A stretch of 64,000 nucleotides of DNA from a virus, in IMG/VR virus record IMGVR_UViG_3300045988_098886. The stretch is one strand, 5' to 3'. Under the pieces are notes generated by a model, which did no database searches, had not been told where the DNA came from, and was given only the letters and a program-made list of their open reading frames with translations. The position numbers and the translations under genes are program-made. Position 1 is the first letter of the stretch. Each line of letters starts with the position of its first letter. Below are positions 24,118 to 31,468 of this stretch, in pieces.

Positions 24118-24200
24118 TGAAAGTATTCCACGATAAGAGGTCGTTACTCTCTCACCACCACTTGTTTAAGGCGGCTATGCAACTCTACACTATATCGTCT

Positions 24201-24593
24201 TTATAATTTATAAATTAAAGTTTTGTATTTGTCTTTCATTATTTTAAATCCTAATGGAAGTAAAGCATATTCATATACCTTTCTTCTTCTCTCATCGTCA
24301 GGATAAACCTCAATAGAGTCTCCTGGGAATTTCCATTTAGCATAATCAATAAAGTCAAGTAAACATTTTTTAGCCCACAGTAGAGACTTTATTCCGTCTT
24401 TACCAGTTATTTTACCTTCTTGATAACCATGTTTTCTTTTAGTGGTTATATAAAAAGCAAAGTTTAAAGTTTCATTATAAGTTCTATATACTTCACAAAC
24501 TATTATTTGATTACACTCGTTGCGTGATTTATAAATGTAATGGTCAAGATATTCCTCGCCTGATTCTCTTTGTACATCATACATAATCCTCAC
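24201..24593 (-). CDS. hypothetical protein (130 aa)
   Basis: ORF track. Confidence 0.65.
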   Translation of the reverse strand: MRIMYDVQRESGEEYLDHYIYKSRNECNQIIVCEVYRTYNETLNFAFYITTKRKHGYQEGKITGKDGIKSLLWAKKCLLDFIDYAKWKFPGDSIEVYPDDERRRKVYEYALLPLGFKIMKDKYKTLIYKL

Positions 24594-24897
24594 ATTCTTC
24601 TTTAATTATCTTTTTAGCTTCATATCGTTTTTTACGATTTTCTTTCTTTACATCATATTGATGCATTTTACTTCTCCAAGGAGTTGTACTATGCTTAAGT
24701 TTCTTAGCAAAGATAGAATCGTTGAGAAAATCGGTAATAGATTCACAATCTCTGTAAGTTGCTATTGTGTTTGGATAACTATGTTTAATTCCTCTTATTG
24801 GAACATCAAAAGTTCCCCATGAATTGTAAATCTTTCTTGCTCTCGAAATCCATTTATTTCTTGTGCGTTCACGTCTAAGTTCTCTATTCATAAGCAA
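24577..24897 (-). CDS. hypothetical basic protein (106 aa)
   Basis: ORF track. Confidence 0.6.
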   Translation of the reverse strand: MLMNRELRRERTRNKWISRARKIYNSWGTFDVPIRGIKHSYPNTIATYRDCESITDFLNDSIFAKKLKHSTTPWRSKMHQYDVKKENRKKRYEAKKIIKEECEDYV

Positions 24898-24905
24898 TAA
24901 ATTTA

Positions 24906-24979
24906 GTTGCGAGAGCAGGATTCGAACCTGCGACCTCTAGCCGACGCCGACTAGCGAGCTAACCACTGCTCCATCTCGC
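24906..24979 (-). tRNA. tRNA-like gene with non-canonical anticodon loop (identity undetermined)
   Basis: Acceptor TGCGAGA/TCTCGCA, D arm (GAGC-AGTGGTTA-GCTC) and T arm (GCAGG-TTCGAAT-CCTGC) are all perfect. The anticodon arm is CTAGT-CGGCGTCG-GCTAG, i.e. an 8-nt loop or a 6 bp stem with a 6-nt loop, and it has no U33. Confidence 0.55.
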
Positions 24980-25041
24980 ATAGACACACATAGTGACCGG
25001 TATAATGTTATGCCTATATATGTAGCCTTCCGACTACACTT

Positions 25042-25114
25042 GTTGCGGAGCTGGGAATCGAACCCAGGACCCGAGCTTATGAAACTCGTGAGATACCACT
25101 TCTACGCACTCCGC
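25042..25114 (-). tRNA. tRNA-Met/Ile2(CAT), atypical D arm
   Basis: Acceptor TGCGGAG/CTCCGCA, anticodon stem CGAGT/GCTCG, loop TT-CAT-AA, T arm CTGGG-TTCGATT-CCCAG. The D stem needs a bulge. Confidence 0.65.
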
Positions 25115-25127
25115 AAATATATTGTTG

Positions 25128-25550
25128 TTAAATTTCTTTTTCCTTCTGCCGAAATAGTGTGTAATGCAAATTCCTATGACAGTTTGCACATAGAACAATA
25201 CATTTTTCTAGCTCCTTCTTTAACTTATTGGGAGCATCTATTAGTTTAGAGACTTCACAATCCTTTTCTGAAGGATTAGTATGATGAAAATCTAACAGCC
25301 ACCATCTACTCTCTCCACATTCAGAGCAAATTAAATGGGATTTGTACTCATTTAAACAATCTCTGCCCGCTTGTCTATATGCCTTAGCTTTATCTTTATA
25401 GTATTGTTTATTATTTTCATAATGCTGCTTTCTATAAAGCTTTACACATTCTTTACAGTGGCATTGTAAACCATCTTTTTTAGATTTATTTAATCCGAAT
25501 TCAAATATAGGTTTTACTTGTCCGCACTTTGTACATAATTTTGTTTCCAT
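25128..25550 (-). CDS. HNH endonuclease (homing-endonuclease-like)
   Basis: CTKCG...CHCKEC zinc pairs and DFHHTNP...LCANCHRNLH. Confidence 0.8.
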   Translation of the reverse strand: METKLCTKCGQVKPIFEFGLNKSKKDGLQCHCKECVKLYRKQHYENNKQYYKDKAKAYRQAGRDCLNEYKSHLICSECGESRWWLLDFHHTNPSEKDCEVSKLIDAPNKLKKELEKCIVLCANCHRNLHYTLFRQKEKEI

Positions 25551-25552
25551 AG

Positions 25553-25626
25553 TGCGAGAAAAGGGATTCGAACCCTCAACTTCCAGTTTGGAAGACTGGC
25601 ACTCTAACCATTTGAGCTACTCTCGC
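25553..25626 (-). tRNA. tRNA-Gly(TCC)
   Basis: Acceptor GCGAGAG/TTCTCGC, anticodon stem CCAGT/ACTGG, loop CT-TCC-AA, T arm GAGGG-TTCGAAT-CCCTT. Confidence 0.88.
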
Positions 25627-25694
25627 ATAAATCATACAGATTGGAAGTCAGACATGCTCAATAACCATTGACACCATACCCGCTAATTTAAAGG

Positions 25695-26009
25695 CTAACT
25701 TACCTTTTGTTTGTTATACTTTTCAATCCATTTCTTACATTTTACTTCAAGTCTTTCCTCAAATAACTTTTGGAAATCATCTCCGTAAACACTTACTCCC
25801 AAGTCTACTACATTAATAAATGTATCAACAAGTTCGTCACACAAATTGAGAGCTTCTGTTTTCTTATAATCAGATAAGCCAGTAATAATACTAACTTCTC
25901 CCATTACTTCACCACTCTCTTCTGCCAATTTGATAGCAATGTCTTGAGTTGTTCTACCATTCTTGATAGATTTGCCAACTTCAACAACGTGTTCAATTAC
26001 ATCAATCAT
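25695..26009 (-). CDS. MazG-like nucleotide pyrophosphohydrolase (all-alpha NTP-PPase)
   Basis: LAEESGEVMGE and CDELVDTFINVVDL acidic helices; ~100 aa. Confidence 0.55.
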   Translation of the reverse strand: MIDVIEHVVEVGKSIKNGRTTQDIAIKLAEESGEVMGEVSIITGLSDYKKTEALNLCDELVDTFINVVDLGVSVYGDDFQKLFEERLEVKCKKWIEKYNKQKVS

Positions 26010-26032
26010 ACTTTATTTCTTAATTGTGAGTA

Positions 26033-26063
26033 CAAAGATACTATATATTTTTGATGTTACAAA
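26033..26063 (-). promoter_or_regulatory. Bacteroidota-type promoter (TTTG-N19-TATCTTTG)
   Basis: Minus strand: TTTGTAACATCAAAAATATATAGTATCTTTG, ~25 nt upstream of the ATG at 26009. Confidence 0.55.
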
Positions 26064-26148
26064 ATAGTAACTGTTAATTTCTGTTAATAAATGAACTACT
26101 TTCACAAGCAATTCATTTCATGTCTAATAAAATTCTTACCTATGAGGG

Positions 26149-26231
26149 CTGAGCGGTCAGGATTCGAACCTGAGTGAGCTTTCGCTGATGGTTTTGGAGA
26201 CCATTCTCGTCGACCACTTGAGTACCGCCCA
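26149..26231 (-). tRNA. tRNA-Trp(CCA) with class-II-like variable arm
   Basis: Acceptor TGGGCGG/CCGCTCA, G73, anticodon stem ATGGT/ACCAT, loop CT-CCA-AA, variable arm CAGCGAAAGCTCAC (AGC-GAAA-GCT), T arm TCAGG-TTCGAAT-CCTGA. Confidence 0.75.
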
Positions 26232-26237
26232 GTGTAC

Positions 26238-26292
26238 AGATGTCCTTTTTGTATATCCATTAAATAATATTAAATATTGCTGCAAGACATCT
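26238..26292 (-). ncRNA. ACAGCAA element E9 (variant TTGCAGCAAT)
   Basis: AGATGTC-TTGCAGCAAT...-GACATCT. Ends 6 nt before tRNA-Trp. Confidence 0.65.
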
Positions 26293-26319
26293 TTAAAAAT
26301 AAGAAAAAATGAACAGATG

Positions 26320-26403
26320 TGGGCCCGGCAGGACTCGAACCTGCAGTCCATTTAAGGAGTGGATTTACAGTCCACGCGGCTACCAATTACCGGTTACGTG
26401 CCC
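26320..26403 (-). tRNA. tRNA-Tyr(GTA)
   Basis: Acceptor GGGCACG/CGGGCCC (one A-G mismatch), anticodon stem GTGGA/TCCAC, loop CT-GTA-AA, long variable arm, T arm GCAGG-TTCGAGT-CCTGC. Confidence 0.85.
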
Positions 26404-26413
26404 AAGAAAAAAC

Positions 26414-26474
26414 AGATGTGCATTTTTACAACATTCTATGGCGATTGTTTTTAAAAATTTGCTGTTGCACATCT
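26414..26474 (-). ncRNA. ACAGCAA element E10
   Basis: AGATGTGC-AACAGCAAA...-GCACATCT. Ends 10 nt before tRNA-Tyr. Confidence 0.7.
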
Positions 26475-26515
26475 TTGTAATCAATTAACAACTAAAATCA
26501 AAACACAATGGTAAG

Positions 26516-26588
26516 TCTGGATAGCAGGATTCGAACCTGCGGTCTCTTGGTCCCAAACCAAGCATCTTACCAACTCGACTATATCCAG
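26516..26588 (-). tRNA. tRNA-Pro(TGG)
   Basis: C1-G72 acceptor CTGGATA/TATCCAG, anticodon stem CTTGG/CCAAG, loop TT-TGG-GA, T arm GCAGG-TTCGAAT-CCTGC. Confidence 0.85.
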
Positions 26589-26599
26589 AATTTGGGAGA

Positions 26600-27205
26600 T
26601 TAATCATTCTCCCAATAAGTTTTTAAATCAACGGCTGGACTTCTTTCATATAGGACTCCAGCTTTAATGGCTTCATTTAATTTTTCAGTAACTACTTCAA
26701 CAGATTGTCCTCCAAACTTCAGATATACCAAATTTTTCTTTTTAACAGACATAATTTTGGAATATTTAGGAATATTTTTACTTACTTCTCCCCAAAATAC
26801 GGTCCATTCATTTTGGTTTCTTTTATTACAGGTACAATTTGCACGACTTACTTTCTTAGAAGCAGTCTTTTTCACTTTAGCTTTAGCATTGTTTTTCTTT
26901 ACTTCCTCATTTAAATTCTTTATCTCTTTTATATATAAATAATTAGAGATGAAGGTTTTAACTCCTGCTAAATTAAATGTCAATATCTGTGGTCCTTCTT
27001 TTACTTGAACCAAATATACTGTCTTAGCATTTAAAGGATTAACAATTCTAATATCACAAGTAATCTTTGAAGCTTCTGGAAAGTGGTCACTCAAACCAAT
27101 CTTAGCTTTACCAATTGTGTAGTATTTGCTATTAGTAGTTTGAGAATCACATATTGCATCCTTCTTGGTCATTAAAGACTCAAGATATTTACTTATGTAA
27201 GACAT
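26600..27205 (-). CDS. hypothetical Lys-rich protein (201 aa)
   Basis: ORF track. Confidence 0.65.
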   Translation of the reverse strand: MSYISKYLESLMTKKDAICDSQTTNSKYYTIGKAKIGLSDHFPEASKITCDIRIVNPLNAKTVYLVQVKEGPQILTFNLAGVKTFISNYLYIKEIKNLNEEVKKNNAKAKVKKTASKKVSRANCTCNKRNQNEWTVFWGEVSKNIPKYSKIMSVKKKNLVYLKFGGQSVEVVTEKLNEAIKAGVLYERSPAVDLKTYWEND

Positions 27206-27432
27206 TAGTGTTGATATTTACGGATTCTACACTTGCAATCAGGGTCATGAACTACTCCCAGAGCCCTTGTACTACCACTACCTGTGGTAAATGAAATATA
27301 CGTATGACCACTGTATTCAAATTTTCCAACTCTTGTTGAATATGCTTGAACTTTAATAACAGAGTATTGCGGCTCAACTCTAGTACATCCTACTAAGGAT
27401 ATAATAGCTAGCAGATAAATTACCTTCCTCAT
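27205..27432 (-). CDS. putative lipoprotein (75 aa)
   Basis: MRKVIYLLAIISLVG|C lipobox. Confidence 0.6.
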   Translation of the reverse strand: MRKVIYLLAIISLVGCTRVEPQYSVIKVQAYSTRVGKFEYSGHTYISFTTGSGSTRALGVVHDPDCKCRIRKYQH

Positions 27433-27466
27433 AATATTAATCTTTAATTAATAACTTATTTAATTG

Positions 27467-27538
27467 TGGGACGAGAGGGCTTCGAACCCCGACGCCAGGC
27501 TCTTCAGGCCTGCGCTCTACCAACTGAGCTATCGTCCC
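27467..27538 (-). tRNA. tRNA-Phe(GAA)
   Basis: Acceptor GGGACGA/TCGTCCC, D stem GCTC/GAGC, anticodon stem CAGGC/GCCTG, loop CT-GAA-GA. Confidence 0.88.
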
Positions 27539-27624
27539 ATTTCCTGTAGACATCACAATCTCTTTTTTAGTCTACAGGTTGCTCTCTATCCTCCCATATT
27601 CTGGGATTTCACACTATTGTTTGC

Positions 27625-27720
27625 GGATTAGGTTCGTGTTTCCTCTTACCTTTTGGTACCTTTGAGAGCTTTCCGTACTTATTTATAGAATTATAAGTTG
27701 GGCTTTGCTGTACCTAATCC
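27625..27720 (-). ncRNA. ACAGCAA element E11
   Basis: GGATTAGGT-ACAGCAAAG...-ACCTAATCC (9 bp). Lies between the vWA gene and tRNA-Phe. Confidence 0.7.
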
Positions 27721-27763
27721 TTGTTAGAAATTACCTATCTACTTAATCTTTACCTAACCGCTG

Positions 27764-29485
27764 TTAGAGAGTAAGCATATTCAATAATTCTTGATTCATT
27801 GCTGCTTGGAACAATTCCAGAGCATTCTTTGGAATACTTTCAACAGGTGTTTTACCAGTAAGGAATGCAATTCCCGCGGGGTCAAGTCCACTCATGTAGA
27901 AAGTGTAATTGTCATCACAAAGTGATTCGAACTTAGGTCTGATGTTGCTCGAATAGAAACCATTAGGAATATCCCAAAGTACCATTACAAAGTTATCAAC
28001 ATACTCTTTAGAGAATCTTGTTCCCAGAAGTTCACGGAATCTTTCAAATACTGTTTTGTCTCTTCCGGCAGAGTTGAACTCACCATCAGAAATACAGAGG
28101 ATTCCAGTTGGGAAATCTTCCTCTTTATATCCCTTATCTCTAAGTTGGATAAAGAGTTCAGCCACGGATAACAGATTGGTTGAACACCAACCGTCTCCAC
28201 TGAATTTGGTGAATTTCTCATAGGGAGTATCACCTTGCCACTGTTTCATTAAGCACCTGTCGGAGAACTCAAGGACAGTATTGGCAAATTTCCCTTCGAG
28301 TAAGTAAGAGAAATACAGAGCGATTGATTTCGCTACATGATAAGCACTTACTTCAAGACCTGCGGCTTTACAAGTCATAGAGCCAGATGTATCAAGAACA
28401 GCAATAAGATTAGTCTTGCGATTCATATCTTGTTTAGCTGTTTCAATAAGAGACATAAACTGCTTATTAACAGTGTCTATCTGGTAAGGTTTCAGAGCTG
28501 TTTTTCTCCCATTATAACAATCGTTATCAGGGAACAGTTCATATACAAATCCAGTGAATTTGGCTACTGGTTTTGCTGCTAACCACTCTTCGTATGCTTC
28601 GGTAAGATTGTGATTCTCCAAGAACTTACTACTAGCAAGTTTTGATAGTGCTCTACCAGCAATCGAATTGAAATCAAGATTTAGATAGTCTTGACGGCTA
28701 ATTGCCTGCTGCCATTTATGAGCATTACCAGATGCTTTAAGTTCACGATACATTTTATATGCACGCCACTTACCTTCCTCTGCTTCGCCATAGTCGAATA
28801 TTTCTTTCACGATTTTCTTAGCAATAAAGTTATTGCTTTGAGAACGTAAAGAAGTACACTTTTTTAATGGTTTGATTTGTGGAAGATACTTTCTCACCAA
28901 GTTGGTTTGACCATCGTCAGCTAAACCACCGACAATAAACTTAATGATGTATTTCCAATCCAGAACTTTATTGACTGCACCATTGTATTCAAGGTCTAAT
29001 CTTAATATTTCAAAGATGTCGTCCCAAGAACCAGCTGTAATGAAGACAGGCAAATTCTTTTTAAATACTTTTGGGTGTGTTGTGGCAAGCCAGATAATTC
29101 TCATGAAGAACTCGGATTTAAGTCCTTGTCCTCTTTGAACTCCTAATTTCTTACCTGTAAAGAGTTTTGGATTTCGTGTAATCAAACGGATGTACACTGT
29201 TTCTTTGATTGTTATTAAAGGGTCAACTGCCCACAATCTTTCCATAGTTGATGCGACTTCGTGAAACTCTCTAGGTTTCCTGTAGTTTCCAACGGCTGCG
29301 AAGTCGTCAACAAATACATTACCTGACGTATCATACTTCAAACTTCCATTACCAGAAGTTGTTTCATGTTCCATTTTATATGCTTCCCTTTGGAAGATAT
29401 TTTCAAACTTGGGAGCATTTACTCCCGAACCTTTAGTGACTTTAGGAGTCACTTCATAAATTGATGTTCTTTTTCTGTCAAACAT
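27764..29485 (-). CDS. vWA-domain protein with large helical N-terminal domain (Ro60/TROVE-like architecture; DUF2828-like)
   Basis: C-terminal vWA with MIDAS residues LDTSGSM ... GWCSTN ... ISDGEF, plus a ~370-aa N-terminal domain. The Ro60-like assignment is an architecture argument, not a search result. Confidence 0.8.
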   Translation of the reverse strand: MFDRKRTSIYEVTPKVTKGSGVNAPKFENIFQREAYKMEHETTSGNGSLKYDTSGNVFVDDFAAVGNYRKPREFHEVASTMERLWAVDPLITIKETVYIRLITRNPKLFTGKKLGVQRGQGLKSEFFMRIIWLATTHPKVFKKNLPVFITAGSWDDIFEILRLDLEYNGAVNKVLDWKYIIKFIVGGLADDGQTNLVRKYLPQIKPLKKCTSLRSQSNNFIAKKIVKEIFDYGEAEEGKWRAYKMYRELKASGNAHKWQQAISRQDYLNLDFNSIAGRALSKLASSKFLENHNLTEAYEEWLAAKPVAKFTGFVYELFPDNDCYNGRKTALKPYQIDTVNKQFMSLIETAKQDMNRKTNLIAVLDTSGSMTCKAAGLEVSAYHVAKSIALYFSYLLEGKFANTVLEFSDRCLMKQWQGDTPYEKFTKFSGDGWCSTNLLSVAELFIQLRDKGYKEEDFPTGILCISDGEFNSAGRDKTVFERFRELLGTRFSKEYVDNFVMVLWDIPNGFYSSNIRPKFESLCDDNYTFYMSGLDPAGIAFLTGKTPVESIPKNALELFQAAMNQELLNMLTL

Positions 29486-29514
29486 ATTCAGGTTAATTTA
29501 AACATTTTACATAG

Positions 29515-29600
29515 TAGCTCCACCCGGAATCGAACCGGGACGGCCCTTTCGGACCATCAGATTTTAAGTCTGACGCGTCTACCAATTCCGCCATAGAGCC
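29515..29600 (-). tRNA. tRNA-Leu(TAA)
   Basis: Acceptor GGCTCTA/TGGAGCT (G-U pairs), anticodon stem TCAGA/TCTGA, loop CT-TAA-AA, variable arm TGGTCCGAAAGGGCCGT, A73. Confidence 0.88.
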
Positions 29601-29611
29601 ATCCTTATTTT

Positions 29612-29743
29612 TTAGAAGCAATCATCGTCTGTATTGTCATTAGTTACATAATCAATCATTGCACCTGCAAGTATGACTAATCCAAATGAAACCAATAGAG
29701 ATAAAATAAATATTATGACTACTCCTAGTATAAATTCTGCCAT
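29612..29743 (-). CDS. small single-pass membrane protein (43 aa)
   Basis: My own translation: MAEFILGVVIIFILSLLVSFGLVILAGAMIDYVTNDNTDDDCF. A TATCTTTG promoter box lies upstream. Confidence 0.4.
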   Translation of the reverse strand: MAEFILGVVIIFILSLLVSFGLVILAGAMIDYVTNDNTDDDCF

Positions 29744-29769
29744 ACTTTTTCCTTTCTGATTAAGTGATG

Positions 29770-29800
29770 CAAAGATACTACAAAAAACTGAGCCTACAAA
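29770..29800 (-). promoter_or_regulatory. Bacteroidota-type promoter (TTTG-N19-TATCTTTG)
   Basis: Minus strand: GGTTTGTAGGCTCAGTTTTTTGTAGTATCTTTG. Confidence 0.5.
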
Positions 29801-30126
29801 CCTTTATTAGTTAAAATTTGTAAATTCTTCTTCATTTATTATGAGTTAGATTTATTTTGCTTATTTCTTAGTTATCTTTAAATATTTTAGTTGATAACCA
29901 ACAAATAAAGCTAAATCCGGCTGCTATTGCTGCCATACAGAGAGTTCCTTGAAGAAAATAAATTATAAAATCCATATTATATTCCTTTCTTCCATTTAAC
30001 ATACAAGATAGCCAATCCGTATAAAATCGGAAAGGCTATCATACCATAAATAAACTCCATTTTAGTTTGGTGTACTAAATATGAAGCAAACAATCAATAT
30101 CACGCATATTACCGTGAGGAGTCCCA

Positions 30127-30477
30127 TTACACTTCAACAATTTGAGATTTCATGCAGATATTCGGAGTACTGAGAACAGCGTATGCTTGTGCACTACCGA
30201 CTCCTACCATTTTGACCTTTACACAGTCAGAATCAACAACAATAGGTGTAACATCATCACCATATTGGTCAGTGTCAACTGTTACAGCAGCAACTCCCAA
30301 TTCAGAAGAGATGTGACCACAAATATCAGAAAGAACTTCCGGAAATGAATCATTGACCAGAATACATTCGAGCATTCCGTTCTGTGATATAACAGCCACC
30401 ACCGGAGAATCGTTACTTACTTCAATTGCCAATTTGTTTTCACCTTCTTGTACCTTTGCAAATTCTAATTTCTTCAT
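30127..30477 (-). CDS. hypothetical protein (116 aa)
   Basis: ORF track. Confidence 0.65.
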   Translation of the reverse strand: MKKLEFAKVQEGENKLAIEVSNDSPVVAVISQNGMLECILVNDSFPEVLSDICGHISSELGVAAVTVDTDQYGDDVTPIVVDSDCVKVKMVGVGSAQAYAVLSTPNICMKSQIVEV

Positions 30478-30499
30478 CTTTAAAATATGATTTTATGGA

Positions 30500-30655
30500 T
30501 TAATAAATGTCGTTTTCAAGTTGTGCAGATACACATACTTGCTCAATATCATAGTCAGGATTTTTCTGAGCTATTTCAATTGCAGATTTCACCACTTCGT
30601 TGAGACACCCATGTTCTTGAGCGTTCTCCAACATTCTTTCAATGATTCCGTTCAT
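30500..30655 (-). CDS. small hypothetical protein (51 aa)
   Basis: My own translation: MNGIIERMLENAQEHGCLNEVVKSAIEIAQKNPDYDIEQV... Overlaps the stop of the upstream ORF. Confidence 0.4.
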   Translation of the reverse strand: MNGIIERMLENAQEHGCLNEVVKSAIEIAQKNPDYDIEQVCVSAQLENDIY

Positions 30656-30903
30656 AGTTTAATTAGTGTTCCTTTTGATAAGATTTTAACTTTATTGGAA
30701 AAACACACAGCAGATATAGGAGCTGCGAGAAGAGTAGTATATGCCCTGCCCATAGGCTCACCTATTGGGATAATAATGTCTTTATATCTTTGTACAACAT
30801 CCCCAGGCCTTAAATCCTCACTGTGCCAACTAAGAATTTCCGCCACGTCTCCGTCCTTCATATCTGCAAGGCAACTTACTTGAGAGTCTGATACTTTAGC
30901 CAT
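30652..30903 (-). CDS. hypothetical protein (83 aa)
   Basis: ORF track. Confidence 0.6.
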   Translation of the reverse strand: MAKVSDSQVSCLADMKDGDVAEILSWHSEDLRPGDVVQRYKDIIIPIGEPMGRAYTTLLAAPISAVCFSNKVKILSKGTLIKL

Positions 30904-31468
30904 TTAGTTTACACTGTTTAATGATTTCTTTAGTAATAATTCCGCCTAATGCACGAGATGCTTTATCGATTGCGTCGAGATTGAATTCATCTTTATCGAA
31001 TTTGAATTGAATCCATGTTGGCTCATTTGGTCTATAGTCTAAGTATGTTTTACATTTTTTAGTTCCTAAGACTTCATGTACCATATCAAGAATACGCTCT
31101 CCTGCTTTCTTAGTTCTTACAAATCCAGATAAGTCATATCCAACACCTCTAGAGCTCCAATATTCTCCTTCTTCTGGACGCTCATCCTTAGGCATCCAAT
31201 GCCAACTTGGAATACCAATTCTTGGATGAGGAATACGGATTGCTTGTTCCATTACATATTCAGAACGAGGATTCTCTGGGTCTTCTGGATAAGCAGCGTA
31301 TTCACAAGTCGAATAGACAGTTGAACCTCTTACTTCAAAGTGTAAGCCACAATGTCTACAAGTTGCAGAAGATAGCCCTCCTCCAGATACACAACTTCCT
31401 CTTGCTGCATCACATCCACAGTTCGGACAACCAAACTGTTCAAAATCAGAATATAATATTGATAACAT
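30896..31468 (-). CDS. hypothetical zinc-ribbon protein (190 aa)
   Basis: CPNCGC ... CRHCG pairs near the N-terminus. Confidence 0.7.
   Translation of the reverse strand: MLSILYSDFEQFGCPNCGCDAARGSCVSGGGLSSATCRHCGLHFEVRGSTVYSTCEYAAYPEDPENPRSEYVMEQAIRIPHPRIGIPSWHWMPKDERPEEGEYWSSRGVGYDLSGFVRTKKAGERILDMVHEVLGTKKCKTYLDYRPNEPTWIQFKFDKDEFNLDAIDKASRALGGIITKEIIKQCKLNG

Noticed and set aside
19975-26231. The long variable regions of the Thr, Lys, Cys, Trp and His tRNAs could be group I or other introns.
   Set aside because: The inserts are only 14-16 nt and lie in the variable-loop position, not the anticodon loop. They form simple GNRA-capped mini-helices, far too small for self-splicing introns.
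23111-26470. The E-element motif read on the plus strand (for example TAAATTTGCTG) could be a Bacteroidota -7 box TAnnTTTG.
   Set aside because: Only E6 (TAAATTTG) matches the 8-mer. The other copies are off by one or lack TTTG. All neighbouring genes are on the minus strand, and no -33 TTTG sits at the right distance.
15470-27720. The recurring plus-strand string TTGCTGTAAG could have been a CRISPR-like repeat array.
   Set aside because: The conserved block is only ~10 nt and the spacing is irregular (tens of nt to kb). Each copy is paired with its own inverted stem half, and tRNA genes lie between copies. This is not CRISPR architecture.
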